Part shown: piece after piece, positions 39,137 through 48,791 of the stretch | Numbering within the stretch: position 1 is the stretch's first letter | Layout of the letters: each line of letters begins with the position of its first letter | Source of the DNA: Bacteroidales bacterium | Lineage (GTDB): Bacteria > Bacteroidota > Bacteroidia > Bacteroidales > UBA10428 | DNA length: 64,000 nucleotides | Assembly: GCA_016938235.1 (NCBI GenBank) | Contig: JAFGVA010000159.1 | Span: forward strand, 1,296-65,295 | Direction of reading: 5' to 3' | Notes under the pieces: generated by a model | Seen by the model: the letters and a program-made list of their open reading frames with translations, nothing else | Told to the model about the DNA's origin: nothing | Databases searched by the model: none | Translations under genes and position numbers: made by a program

Positions 39137-40000
39137 ATGAACAAGAACGATAAGAGACAAATAGCTATTTTCCAGCAACAGGAGATAAATGGTTATTATA
39201 TATACAAATACCTGGCAAACAAGGATAAAAATGAAGATAACAAGGCAGTTCTGAATAAAATTGCTTCTGATGAAAAACATCATTACGAAGTTTACAAAAG
39301 ATATACCGGAATAGATACCAAGCCTCAAAAATTCAGAATTTTCCTTTACAAACTGGCTGCAAGTATTCTGGGACCGACTTTTGCTATTAAACTTCTGGAA
39401 AAAAATGAAGTTGAAGCGCAGAATGCTTATGCCACGATTAATAATGTGCCCGAAATAAAAAAAATAATTGCCGACGAGGAAGAGCACGAAATTAAGCTTA
39501 TTGAAATGCTGGAGGAAGAAAGGCTTAATTATATGGGGTCGATTGTCCTTGGCTTAAACGATGCTCTGGTAGAACTTACAGGTGCACTGGCTGGCCTGAC
39601 TCTTGCTTTGAGAGATCCCGAACTTATTGCATTAACAGGGTCAATTACAGGTGTGGCTGCAGCATTTTCAATGGCGGCATCAGAATATCTTTCTACAAAA
39701 TCTGAAGGCAGCGAAAAAGGAGCTCTCAAAGCTTCGTTGTATACCGGGGTCGCTTATATTTTTACTGTTATTGTACTTATTTTGCCTTTTTTACTTTTAA
39801 CAAATGTTTTTTTATCGCTCGGACTTACCGTATTGGGAGCTGTTTTAATAATTGCTGCGTTTAATTATTATTATTCGGTGGTTAAAGATGAAAAATTCTC
39901 AAGGAGATTTACAGAAATGGTACTTCTCAGCTTTGGGGTTGCATTGTTTAGTTTTGGAATAGGATTTGTTTTGCGCAAGTCTTTTGGAGTTGAAGTATAG
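39137..40000 (+). CDS. Er-VIT1: ferritin/rubrerythrin-like domain fused to a VIT1/CCC1 iron transporter
   Basis: The N-terminal half has paired E..H motifs (DEKHHYEVY, DEEEHEIKLIEML). The C-terminal half has the VIT1 motif GSIVLGLNDALVELTGALAGL plus TM helices. Confidence 0.8.
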   Translation: MNKNDKRQIAIFQQQEINGYYIYKYLANKDKNEDNKAVLNKIASDEKHHYEVYKRYTGIDTKPQKFRIFLYKLAASILGPTFAIKLLEKNEVEAQNAYATINNVPEIKKIIADEEEHEIKLIEMLEEERLNYMGSIVLGLNDALVELTGALAGLTLALRDPELIALTGSITGVAAAFSMAASEYLSTKSEGSEKGALKASLYTGVAYIFTVIVLILPFLLLTNVFLSLGLTVLGAVLIIAAFNYYYSVVKDEKFSRRFTEMVLLSFGVALFSFGIGFVLRKSFGVEV

Positions 40001-40162
40001 CATAGAATTTGTTTTAACTCCATACCTTTAAGATTTTAAGAGTTATATTAACTTTATTAAAAGGCTTTAAAAGCTTTATGGCTCAATTCATGCAGAAAGT
40101 GAACCAGGGAAGGGCAGTAAATTTTATTTCTTTTTACCCCAAAAGAATAGTTAGTAAGTTTT

Positions 40163-40528
40163 TTATTTAACTAACCAATCTTTAGCTTCTTCAATATTGC
40201 TAAAAGGTTTTAGAGAGTTTTCGCTGCCAATAACCATATTATATGCTTTTAATAGTATTACTCTTGCCGGACTATTTATACCTACAATGGCTCTTTTCTT
40301 GGCTAGTTTTGGAGCATCCTGAGCAATTTTTTTTGCCTCTTTCATATAACCCGGTGTAGCAAAGGCGTTGGTCATATCGGTAAGTTGGAGGTATTCTTTA
40401 TTGTCAGTAATTATAATCTCCACAGCCTTTTTCATAAGCTGAATCATTTCTTCATCAGATTTACAGCCCTGGTAGTTAATGTAAAGAATTTCTTTTCCTT
40501 TATGGTTTATTTTCTCGACTCCCGGCAT
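40163..40528 (-). CDS. Hypothetical protein, SpoIIAA/STAS-like (DUF3478-type) fold suspected
   Basis: 121 aa with the C-terminal pattern KPFSNIEEAKDWLVK, typical of STAS/SEC14-like orphan proteins. Weak, motif-level only. Confidence 0.4.
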   Translation of the reverse strand: MPGVEKINHKGKEILYINYQGCKSDEEMIQLMKKAVEIIITDNKEYLQLTDMTNAFATPGYMKEAKKIAQDAPKLAKKRAIVGINSPARVILLKAYNMVIGSENSLKPFSNIEEAKDWLVK

Positions 40529-40914
40529 AATATTTCATTTTTGGTTTAATCTACTTGTTAAATTTAAGGAAATTCTTAATCTAATTATTCAGCTTCGCTT
40601 GTTTATTTTGGTCTCGATATATTTATCATGAACTAAAATAACCATTGCGATTCAGCAATAATATTTTGTAAAGTTTAGAAATACAAAAGATAACATTAAT
40701 TATAACTCTTTGCAATCGATATAAATTGTATTTTTTTTTAGAGTAATAACCTTTAAAACTAAACTAACAGATTGCAATGATGAATGCAAAATGGGTTGGG
40801 AAAAAATATAAAAATTCATTCCTCAAAAACCTGTTTTATTGCAATTATCCTGATAAAAATGTTGTATTACTATGTAAGTATTCTTAATTTTAATAAGAGC
40901 ATGATCATTTCGCA

Positions 40915-41196
40915 ATGTTTTACAGGGAATTATTCTTTTTTATTTTTTTGTCAGCAAGTTTGTTTCTATACAGTCAGGAAGACTCATTAAAGCAATCAAT
41001 AAATTTGATTTTTGAGGAACGGCTTGATGTTATGGGGAAAGTATCGGGCGTAAAAGCTATTAGTTTACTTAAGACACCCTCAACTGTTACTATTATTGAC
41101 AGATCAACCATCAAGAAATATACTTTCATGACGGTTGCTGAAGCTTTGGCCATTGTCCCCGGAATTGATGTTCTTCAGACAGAAGTTTGCATATGA
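40915..41196 (+). pseudogene. TonB-dependent receptor stub: signal peptide plus the first part of the plug domain only (93 codons)
   Basis: LLKTPSTVTIIDRSTIKKYTFMTVAEALAIVPGIDVLQT matches the start of TBDR plug domains. The ORF stops immediately afterwards and overlaps the DUF4154 start by 10 nt. The ~600-aa barrel is absent. Confidence 0.55.
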
Positions 41197-41711
41197 AATA
41201 CAGAATACTATTTATATTGATAATTATTTTTTTCCCTGTGTTGAATGCAAATTCGCAAATAGAGGAAGGAATTTTAAAAGCTGCATTTATTGAAAAGTTC
41301 ACCAAGCTGATAAACTGGCCCGAAAAAACCACTCAAAACGATAAGTTTACAATCTGTGTTGTTGGAAATAAAAGTTTTTACGACCAATTACATAAAGCCT
41401 ATTCAAAAAGAGAATTAAAGGGTAAAGAAGTTGTCGTATTGTTCAATGAAAAGATTCCTGTTAACCAGGAAATTGATATTCTTTACCTGGGAGTTGAAAG
41501 CAATAAATTATTAGATGATGCTGTTGAACATCTGAAAAATTGTCTGATAGTTTCTGAATACGAGGGTTTCGCCAAAAAGGGAGCGCATATTAACTTTTAT
41601 TTAACCGAGAAAGAAACAATGCATTTTGAAATTAATAAAAGTAGTATGGACGATTCAGGATTTAAAATGGATTTTTTACTGCTTGATTTTGCAAAAGTTG
41701 TAAATAAATAA
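41187..41711 (+). CDS. DUF4154 / YfiR-like periplasmic protein
   Basis: Signal peptide, then [15 protein letters not shown], as in the three paralogs at 62392, 63051 and 63748. The C-terminal F.IN...A...G......LL...K pattern is also present. Confidence 0.75.
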   Translation: MHMKYRILFILIIIFFPVLNANSQIEEGILKAAFIEKFTKLINWPEKTTQNDKFTICVVGNKSFYDQLHKAYSKRELKGKEVVVLFNEKIPVNQEIDILYLGVESNKLLDDAVEHLKNCLIVSEYEGFAKKGAHINFYLTEKETMHFEINKSSMDDSGFKMDFLLLDFAKVVNK

Positions 41712-44320
41712 TGGTTAATTTTAAAAACATATCAATTAAGGTAAAAATTATTTCCATTGTAACGGGGATAGCTGCTATTGCTGTGTTCTTTAGCTTGTTT
41801 TTTACCACCATAAACCAGGTTAGCGTTGTTAAAAGTGAGATTGTTGATGATTTACAAAAAGAAATGATTTTAATAGGTGACTACTGTGTAATGCCTATTG
41901 AATTTAATTATCCCGAAAGAGTTGATAAGATTCTTAGTGAATATATGGATGATAAAGAATTTCTTGTTTTGACTGTTTACGACAATGAAGATCACATAAT
42001 TTCAGAATTAAGAAACGACAGTCTTTACCAGAAAACACTTCAACCCAATTCAAAATCAACGAAAACTTTTTATGCTAATATTGTTGAGATAATTGAACCT
42101 ATTCGATATGATCATAAAGATTATGGCAGTATACATCTGGTTTATTATACAGGTCTGAGAACCTACATTATAAAAAAAATTGGAGTAGCACTACTGCTAT
42201 TTTTTATAATATTATGTGTTTCTTTTTTCCTGGCTCTTTATTTTCAAAAATACATTTCTCAGCCTATTCAGGACTTGGCTACTCTGGCTTCACAAGTTTC
42301 AAAAAATCGTGATTATTCTTTACGGATAGTAAAGCACTCGAATGACGAAGTTGGAACCCTCGTTGAAAATTTCAATAATATGCTTACGACCATTGGTATG
42401 CAGCAAAAGGAAAATGAAGAAGCAGCCATTGCGGTAGCTGAAAGCGAGGAAAAATTCAGAAATATATTCAATTTCAGCCTTGATGGAATTTTGGTTGTGA
42501 GAAAAGAAGGAGAAATCTTAGAAGCTAGCAAAACAGCTTGTTTGATTCTTGGCTACAATCGGGACGATCTTATCGGAAGTTCAATACTTACAATCATGCC
42601 GGAAGGTTATTTCAAGCAGCGTAGTGAAGCTATGAAAATTCTAAATGCCGAGGGGAAATATACATTTTTCAGTAAATATATAACGCATAAAGGGGCCGAG
42701 ATTTTTCTGGAGTTTAGCAGTAAATTTATTAATTATGAAGGTACCGAAGTAATACTAACCTTCTTAAGGAATATAACAGACAGGATTAAAAACGAGGAAG
42801 ACCTGAGGGAAAGTGAGGAACGGTATAAAAGGTTGGTTGAACATTTGCCCAGTGCAATAATTCTGCATCACAAAGGCAAAATTATGTACATTAATAACTC
42901 TGTTAAACAACTTTTAGGTGGCCGGTTTGTGAATGAATTCTTGAACAAAGACTTCATAAGTTTTATAAGCGAAGCAGATAGACCAAGATTACTCAGCCAG
43001 ATCGAACAAGCTGAAGAATTGAATCTTCCATCAGAATCCATTGAGATTAAGATGATTAAAACCGATAATCAGAGAATTTTAGCAGAGATGGTTTCAATTC
43101 CATTGGTGGTTAACAGAAGACGGGTTATTTTATCAGTCTTTAATGATATAACAGAGCGAAAACGGATAGAAAAAGAATTGATAGTTGCCAAAAACCAGGC
43201 TGAAGAAAGTGACAGATTAAAATCGGCATTCTTAGCCAATATGAGTCATGAAATAAGAACGCCGATGAATGGTATAATTGGTTTTACTGATTTACTTGAA
43301 AGCGATAGGTTAACCGATAAAGACAAGAAGCGTTATATCAATATTATAAAGGCCAGTGCCGATAGGTTATTGTCCATAATTAATGATATTATAGATATTT
43401 CAAAAATTGAATCAGGGGCAATAAATATAAGCCTGGCCGAATTTGAATTGAAAAAGCTTGTCAATGATTTATACCAGTTCTTCATACCGCAAATGAGCGG
43501 GAAAAAACTTGGTTTTACTCTTGAAGTTGATACTGAAGACGATATTATACTAAACTCAGATAAAGGAAAAATTAATCAGGTTATTACTAATTTGCTCTCG
43601 AATGCCTATAAATTTACAAATGAAGGTTCGATAAAGATTAAAGTTTTGACTGATGAAATCTCAGAAACAGTTTCGGTTACTGTTGAAGATACAGGTATTG
43701 GAATACCTGAAAATCAGCTTAATATGGTGTTTGAGCGATTCCGTCAGGCAGAGCATTTCGCTTCAGAATTTCATGAAGGAACCGGGCTTGGACTTTCAAT
43801 TTCAAAGGGCTTTATAGAGGCATTAGGAGGCAGAATTTCTGTAAACTCCCAGGAGAATATCGGAACAAAATTCACCATCATACTGCCTTTCGAGAGACTA
43901 GAGTCGGTCTCAGCCTCAAACCCGGAAAGCAAGACAGATATTACTGAGGTTGACGATTATAGTTCAAAAACCATCTTAATTGTTGAGGATGAACAGTATA
44001 ATTATGAATACCTGGTTGAAGCTCTAAAACCAACAAAAGTTAATACTTTATGGGCAGTAAACGGACTTGAGGCTCTGCAAAAAGTAGTTGAAAATAAAAA
44101 AATTGATTTAGTCCTCATGGATATAAAGCTTCCGATTATGGATGGATATACTGCTACCGAGAAAATTAAAGAGCATAAAAAGGAATTACCGGTTGTGATA
44201 CAAACTGCTTACGGCCTTGAAGATGACAGGCAAAAATCTCTTAGCATTGGAGGCGATGATTATATCTCAAAACCTATTGTTAAGGATGATTTGTATCAAA
44301 TCCTTAAACGGTTCCTGTAA
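41711..44320 (+). CDS. Hybrid sensor histidine kinase / response regulator (2 TM + HAMP, 2 PAS, HisKA, HATPase_c, REC)
   Basis: HAMP-like [19 protein letters not shown]...[16 protein letters not shown] blocks [17 protein letters not shown] and [18 protein letters not shown]-box [15 protein letters not shown]-box [10 protein letters not shown]-boxes DTGIGIP and GTGLGL. Receiver [10 protein letters not shown]...[14 protein letters not shown]. The ATG overlaps the DUF4154 stop (TAATG). Confidence 0.9.
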   Translation: MVNFKNISIKVKIISIVTGIAAIAVFFSLFFTTINQVSVVKSEIVDDLQKEMILIGDYCVMPIEFNYPERVDKILSEYMDDKEFLVLTVYDNEDHIISELRNDSLYQKTLQPNSKSTKTFYANIVEIIEPIRYDHKDYGSIHLVYYTGLRTYIIKKIGVALLLFFIILCVSFFLALYFQKYISQPIQDLATLASQVSKNRDYSLRIVKHSNDEVGTLVENFNNMLTTIGMQQKENEEAAIAVAESEEKFRNIFNFSLDGILVVRKEGEILEASKTACLILGYNRDDLIGSSILTIMPEGYFKQRSEAMKILNAEGKYTFFSKYITHKGAEIFLEFSSKFINYEGTEVILTFLRNITDRIKNEEDLRESEERYKRLVEHLPSAIILHHKGKIMYINNSVKQLLGGRFVNEFLNKDFISFISEADRPRLLSQIEQAEELNLPSESIEIKMIKTDNQRILAEMVSIPLVVNRRRVILSVFNDITERKRIEKELIVAKNQAEESDRLKSAFLANMSHEIRTPMNGIIGFTDLLESDRLTDKDKKRYINIIKASADRLLSIINDIIDISKIESGAINISLAEFELKKLVNDLYQFFIPQMSGKKLGFTLEVDTEDDIILNSDKGKINQVITNLLSNAYKFTNEGSIKIKVLTDEISETVSVTVEDTGIGIPENQLNMVFERFRQAEHFASEFHEGTGLGLSISKGFIEALGGRISVNSQENIGTKFTIILPFERLESVSASNPESKTDITEVDDYSSKTILIVEDEQYNYEYLVEALKPTKVNTLWAVNGLEALQKVVENKKIDLVLMDIKLPIMDGYTATEKIKEHKKELPVVIQTAYGLEDDRQKSLSIGGDDYISKPIVKDDLYQILKRFL

Positions 44321-44422
44321 TCTAATCAAAAAGTTGCTTCAGTCTAAATCAGCTAAAAAGCGATTTTAGAATTCGTTAGCTTGCTAGGAGGGAATGGATA
44401 ATGATTTTAAGTGCAAAAACAG

Positions 44423-46114
44423 CTATTGTTTAGCTATTTTTGCCCATGAATCACGCAAGGTTGCAGTTCTGTTAAATACAGGTTTTTCTCCGGTAATTTT
44501 TCTGTCCCTGTAAAAATACCCAAGCCTTTCAAATTGGTAATGGTTCATTGTGGCATCTTTAATAAAGGGTTCAATATAACCGGTTACAATCTTAAGCGAA
44601 TCCTTGTTCATATTATCAAGGAATGTTTCACCTTCTTTGGTGTCGTATGGATTTTCTTTTTCGAAAAGCCTGTCATACAGTCTTATCTCCGATTCAACAG
44701 CATGTTCAGCAGAAACCCAATGGAGCGTTCCTTTTACTTTTCTTCCATCGGGCGAATTACCTCCTTTGCTTTCAGGATCATAGGTGCAAATTAGCTCAAC
44801 AACTTCGCCATTCTCATTTTTTACTACTTTTTTACAGGTAATAAAATACGCATACCTGAGCCTGACCTCACTGCCGGGAGCCAACCTAAAGAATTTTTTC
44901 GGTGGTTCTTCCATAAAGTCGTCCTGTTCAATAAAAAGGTTTCTTGAAAACGGAACTTTACGTGTACCCATATTTTCATCTTCAGGGTTGTTAACGGCAT
45001 CCAGATCTTCTGATTTACCCTCAGGGTAATTTTCAATAGTAACTTTCAGCGGATTAATAACACCCATAATTCTTTGCGAACTTTTATTCAGGTCTTCTCT
45101 TACACAATGTTCAAGTAAGCCAACATCAATTGTGTTCTCGCGTTTGGCAACGCCAACGCGCTCAGCAAAATTACGAACCGATTCAGGTGTATAACCCCTT
45201 CGTCGTAACCCTGAAATTGTAGGCATGCGGGGGTCGTCCCAGCCATCAACATGATTTTCTTTTACTAACTGCAACAACAGTCTTTTACTCATTACAGTAT
45301 AGTTCATGTTTAAGCGTGCAAATTCAGTTTGATGTGTTCTTTTTGCGTTCACATCAGAATCTTCTATAATGTTATCTAAGAACCAGTCGTAAAGTGGCCT
45401 GTGAACTTCGAATTCCAAGGTACATAATGAGTGAGTTATTCCTTCAATAAAATCTGACTGTCCATGCGCGAAATCATACATCGGGTAAATGCACCATTTA
45501 TTTCCTGTACGGTGGTGATGAGCGTGCTTAATACGATACATCACAGGATCACGCATGTGCATGTTAGGCGAGGCCATATCGATTTTTGCACGTAAAACCC
45601 TTGAACCATCTGGAAATTCACCACTTTTCATTCGCTCCAGCAAATCAAGGTTTTCTTCTACCGGACGATTACGAAAAGGGCTTTCTTTTCCAGGTACAGT
45701 GGGTGTGCCTCTTGTAGCTGCAACTTCATCTGCACTACTTTCATCAACGTATGCAAGTCCTTTTTTTACAAGCAGCTTAGCCCATTCGTAAAGTTGATCA
45801 AAATAATCCGAAGCAAAATATTCCCGGTCTTCCCATTCAAAGCCCAGCCAGCGTATATCTTCTTTAATTGAATCTACATATTCAACATCCTCTTTCACGG
45901 GGTTGGTGTCGTCGAATCTCAGATTACATTTCCCGTTATATTTTTTTGCCAAACCAAAATTCAGGCAAATAGATTTAGCATGGCCAATATGCAGATAACC
46001 ATTAGGTTCAGGGGGGAATCGTGTTTGAATTCTGCCATTATGTTTGCCACTTTTTAAATCCTCCTCTATCATTGCTTCAATAAAATTCAACGATTTATTT
46101 TCTTCTGAACTCAT
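44423..46114 (-). CDS. glnS: Glutamine--tRNA ligase
   Basis: Collinear with E. coli GlnRS as I recall it: [70 protein letters not shown]. Confidence 0.95.
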   Translation of the reverse strand: MSSEENKSLNFIEAMIEEDLKSGKHNGRIQTRFPPEPNGYLHIGHAKSICLNFGLAKKYNGKCNLRFDDTNPVKEDVEYVDSIKEDIRWLGFEWEDREYFASDYFDQLYEWAKLLVKKGLAYVDESSADEVAATRGTPTVPGKESPFRNRPVEENLDLLERMKSGEFPDGSRVLRAKIDMASPNMHMRDPVMYRIKHAHHHRTGNKWCIYPMYDFAHGQSDFIEGITHSLCTLEFEVHRPLYDWFLDNIIEDSDVNAKRTHQTEFARLNMNYTVMSKRLLLQLVKENHVDGWDDPRMPTISGLRRRGYTPESVRNFAERVGVAKRENTIDVGLLEHCVREDLNKSSQRIMGVINPLKVTIENYPEGKSEDLDAVNNPEDENMGTRKVPFSRNLFIEQDDFMEEPPKKFFRLAPGSEVRLRYAYFITCKKVVKNENGEVVELICTYDPESKGGNSPDGRKVKGTLHWVSAEHAVESEIRLYDRLFEKENPYDTKEGETFLDNMNKDSLKIVTGYIEPFIKDATMNHYQFERLGYFYRDRKITGEKPVFNRTATLRDSWAKIAKQ

Positions 46115-46240
46115 AATGCTTTTCTTTGAATAACCGGTAAAAGAATGTGTTGTTTTTATAATTATGCAAAAGTAAGGATTTTCTCTTATTCAGCTATTGC
46201 CACTGAATTATATAGGCTATTTTTACATAAATTTTTTTCT

Positions 46241-46603
46241 ATGGCGAAGATATTTCTCGAAGGACTGGAGTTTTATGCTCATCACGGGTATTTTTCTGAA
46301 GAACAAAAGATAGGGGGCAAATACCTTATTGATATTGAGATTGAAGCAGATATTAATAAATCGGTTATTAGCGATGAATTGAAATCGACAATTAACTATG
46401 CTGAAGTTTATGAACTCATTAAACAGGAAATGAACATAAGTTCTAGACTAATCGAACATCTTGCCGGAAGAATTCTCAGGGCTGTTTTTATTAATTTCCC
46501 ATTAGTTTCGGGAGTAAAAGTCAAAGTGTCAAAAATAAATCCTCCTTTGGGAGCCGATTTAAAAAGTGTAAGTGTTGTATTGGAAGAAAGGAGACCAGAA
46601 TGA
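46241..46603 (+). CDS. folB: Dihydroneopterin aldolase
   Basis: IFLEGLEFYAHHGYFSEEQKIGGKYLIDIEI and NYAEVYELI are typical of FolB. ATG at 46241; the ORF-track start at 46145 adds 32 unsupported residues. Confidence 0.85.
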   Translation: MAKIFLEGLEFYAHHGYFSEEQKIGGKYLIDIEIEADINKSVISDELKSTINYAEVYELIKQEMNISSRLIEHLAGRILRAVFINFPLVSGVKVKVSKINPPLGADLKSVSVVLEERRPE

Positions 46604-46773
46604 GTGGAAAACTTAAAAAGTGTCCGTCATGTGGCAATTTATTTACATGTGATGGGGAAAATGATTGTTGGTGTGAGAAGGTAAATATTCATAAAAAAGA
46701 TTTTCTTGTATTAAACCAAAAGTTTACAGATTGCATATGTCCTGCATGCCTTGATAAGTATGCGGAGAAATAG
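46600..46773 (+). CDS. Small cysteine-rich protein (57 aa, CWC-type)
   Basis: Not in the ORF track (under 60 aa). Hand translation gives MSGKLKKCPSCGNLFTCDGENDCWCEKVNIHKKDFLVLNQKFTDCICPACLDKYAEK. The ATG overlaps the folB stop (ATGA). It has 8 Cys including CPSC, CWC and CPAC. Confidence 0.6.
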   Translation: MSGKLKKCPSCGNLFTCDGENDCWCEKVNIHKKDFLVLNQKFTDCICPACLDKYAEK

Positions 46774-46818
46774 GATTTAGAAAAATGGGAAAAGGGTATG
46801 TAGTTTTAAAAAAAACTC

Positions 46819-46826
46819 TATCTTTG
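46819..46826 (+). promoter_or_regulatory. -7 promoter box (TATCTTTG) upstream of the tRNA-Cys leader array
   Basis: Perfect TAnnTTTG match, 13 nt before the first tRNA-like unit. Confidence 0.5.
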
Positions 46827-46839
46827 CAACCCGAATAAT

Positions 46840-46982
46840 GATTTCGTGTCCGCCGGTTGGCGGATAGACAGTGGTAAAAAAAATACCGGTTTCGTGTCCG
46901 CCGGTTGGCGGATAGGCAGTGGTAAAAAAATACCGGTTTCGTGTCCGCCGGTTGGCGGATAGACAGTGGTAAAAAAAATACC
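46840..46982 (+). repeat. Three head-to-tail 48/47/48-bp units, each a 5'-half tRNA-Cys look-alike, abutting tRNA-Cys
   Basis: Units are 46840..46887, 46888..46934 and 46935..46982. Consensus is GGTTTCGTG + TCCGCC-GGTT-GGCGGA + TAG(A/G)CAGTGGT + A7-8 + TACC. The first 9 nt and the TAGGCAGTGGT block are shared with the tRNA that starts at 46983. Confidence 0.9.
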
Positions 46983-47053
46983 GGTTTCGTGGCCGAGTGG
47001 CTAGGCAGTGGTCTGCAAAACCATGTACAGCGGTTCGAATCCGCTCGAAACCT
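46983..47053 (+). tRNA. tRNA-Cys (anticodon GCA)
   Basis: Acceptor GGTTTCG/CGAAACC, D-arm GCC-GAGTGGCTA-GGC, anticodon stem GTGGT/ACCAT with loop CTGCAAA (GCA at 47015..47017), T-arm AGCGG-TTCGAAT-CCGCT, discriminator T. CCA is not encoded. Confidence 0.9.
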
Positions 47054-47064
47054 CAGGCAGGAAA

Positions 47065-47091
47065 GCTCATCGAACCGATGGGCTTTTTTTT
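47065..47091 (+). terminator. Rho-independent terminator after tRNA-Cys
   Basis: GCTCATCG-AAC-CGATGGGC followed by TTTTTTTT. Confidence 0.75.
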
Positions 47092-47470
47092 ATACAAAGT
47101 ATTTTATCTGACAGGAAAAAATGTTCTTTGTTGGGGATCGGAATGTGAAGATTTCTTTGTTCAGGCGATCCTGGGTATATGTTTCGGTTATATTCCAAAC
47201 CTGAAAACAGATTTCGTGCAACGATAATCGGTTGGTTAGTTTGAGGTATTTTTCTGCGATATGTGCCACGAAACAAATCAGCACAGGTGACTTAATTGAT
47301 TCGTGCTTATGGTGATAAATTGGCCTGGCCTGCAAAACGTGTTTGCTCATCCTGAACGATTCTTCTGCTTACCAAAGCTGATGATAACGGTGGATTACCA
47401 ATTCGTTCGACAGTTGTTGCTCGGTTAAATCGGTACAGTCCCGGAAACAAGACTGTTTTTGTCAAAATAT
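47092..47470 (-). pseudogene. Decayed 3' fragment of an IS1634-like transposase gene (same family as the element at 58116..59666)
   Basis: Hand translation gives CTDLTEQQLSNELVIHRYHQLW*AEESFRMSKHVLQARPIYHHKHESIKSPVLICFVAHIAEKYLKLTNRLSLHEICFQVWNITETYTQDRLNKEIFTFRSPTK. This aligns with residues ~375-485 of the intact transposase and carries an in-frame TAA. The N-terminal ~370 codons and both IS ends are absent. Confidence 0.8.
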
Positions 47471-47707
47471 TTTTCAAAAAAATGCTGTTAATATCTGCTC
47501 CCGACCATCCTGATAATATCATTGGAATTTATTATTTTTAGCAAATTTTAAGAACAGGGGATAAATTTCTGATTCTTCATTTCAAATTGAAAGATATTTA
47601 AGACTTGGTTTATGTTTATTTTTATCTCAAAACCATAGTCATGGAAATAATATCAGAAAATTATTTATCTTGTAACAGCTTGTTATTCAGGCTAAAACAT
47701 TTGATAT

Positions 47708-48760
47708 ATGAAACATGACAAGATAGTATTAGGAATAACACAGGGAGATATTAACAGCATAAGCTACGAAGTAATTATAAAATCACTGATGGATAACCGC
47801 TTATTCGATAACTGTATTCCTGTGGTATATGGCTCGGCAAAAGTTGCAGCTTATCATCGTAAGGCATTAAATATCGATAACTTCAGTTTTAATAATGTTC
47901 GTAACGCCGATGAAGCAAATCAGAAAAGAGCCAACATAATAAATTGCATCGACGAGAATATCAGGGTTGAATTAGGAAAGCCAACAGATATTGCAGGAGA
48001 AGCAGCAATTGCCGCACTCGAAATGGCCACCGACGATTTAATAAACGGCAAAATTGATGTGCTTGTAACCGGGCCTATTAATAAACAAACTGCACAATCT
48101 GATAAATTTAAATTCCCGGGTCACACCGAATACCTCCAAGAAAAATTCAGGGCAGACGATGTTTTAATGCTATTAATAAACGATTTCTTTAAAATTGGTG
48201 TTGTAACAGGTCATATCCCTATTAATGAAGTCTCAAAATCTTTATCCAAAGAAGGAATTGTATCGAAAATAGAGGTGTTAAACCAATCTCTTATCACCGA
48301 TTTTAGAGTTCGAAAACCACGCATTGCAGTACTTGGATTAAACCCGCATGCCAGTGATAATGGTCTTATTGGTAGCGAAGAAGCTGAAATAATTATGCCG
48401 GCAATTGAAGAAGCCCGCGAAAAAAACATTTTAGCCTTTGGCCCTTTCCCCGCTGATGGTTTTTTTGGTGCTGCTTCCTATATGAAATTCGATGCAGTTT
48501 TAGGAATGTACCACGACCAGGGATTAATACCGTTTAAATCCATGTCGTACGATGGCGGGGTTAATTACACTGCAGGAATGGATTTTATCCGGACTTCGCC
48601 CTCGCATGGTACTGCTTTTGAACTTGCCGGACAAAATGAAGCCTCACCGGATTCTTTTAGAAAAGCAATTTATGCAGCATGCGATATTTTCAGAGCGAGA
48701 AAAGGGTTTGATGAAATTACTTCTGATCCATTAAAATCTTACGATATTTCAGAACTTTAA
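47708..48760 (+). CDS. pdxA: 4-hydroxythreonine-4-phosphate dehydrogenase
   Basis: ITQGDINSISYEV, VLVTGPINK, FPGHTEYL, GLNPHASDNG, MYHDQGLIP. Confidence 0.9.
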   Translation: MKHDKIVLGITQGDINSISYEVIIKSLMDNRLFDNCIPVVYGSAKVAAYHRKALNIDNFSFNNVRNADEANQKRANIINCIDENIRVELGKPTDIAGEAAIAALEMATDDLINGKIDVLVTGPINKQTAQSDKFKFPGHTEYLQEKFRADDVLMLLINDFFKIGVVTGHIPINEVSKSLSKEGIVSKIEVLNQSLITDFRVRKPRIAVLGLNPHASDNGLIGSEEAEIIMPAIEEAREKNILAFGPFPADGFFGAASYMKFDAVLGMYHDQGLIPFKSMSYDGGVNYTAGMDFIRTSPSHGTAFELAGQNEASPDSFRKAIYAACDIFRARKGFDEITSDPLKSYDISEL

Positions 48761-48791
48761 TCTTTATCAGACTTTATTTCTACCACAAGGC

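Noticed and set aside
39119-39487. 122-aa minus-strand ORF
   Set aside because: Antisense to the ferritin-like half of the Er-VIT1 gene. Hydrophobic low-complexity product.
40784-40990. 68-aa plus-strand ORF upstream of the TBDR stub
   Set aside because: It overlaps the stub's signal peptide in another frame, and its composition is typical of AT-rich intergenic sequence. No motif.
46840-46982. Short regular repeats next to tRNA genes (also 28402..28611) considered as mini-CRISPR arrays or phage att sites
   Set aside because: The units are contiguous with no unique spacers, there are only 2-3 copies, and each starts with the 5' end of the adjacent tRNA. Integrase att duplications normally copy the tRNA 3' end and are accompanied by an integrase gene, and none is present near any of the three tRNAs.
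46997-47227. 76-aa plus-strand ORF
   Set aside because: It begins inside tRNA-Cys and reads through its terminator and the IS remnant, so it is not a plausible gene.
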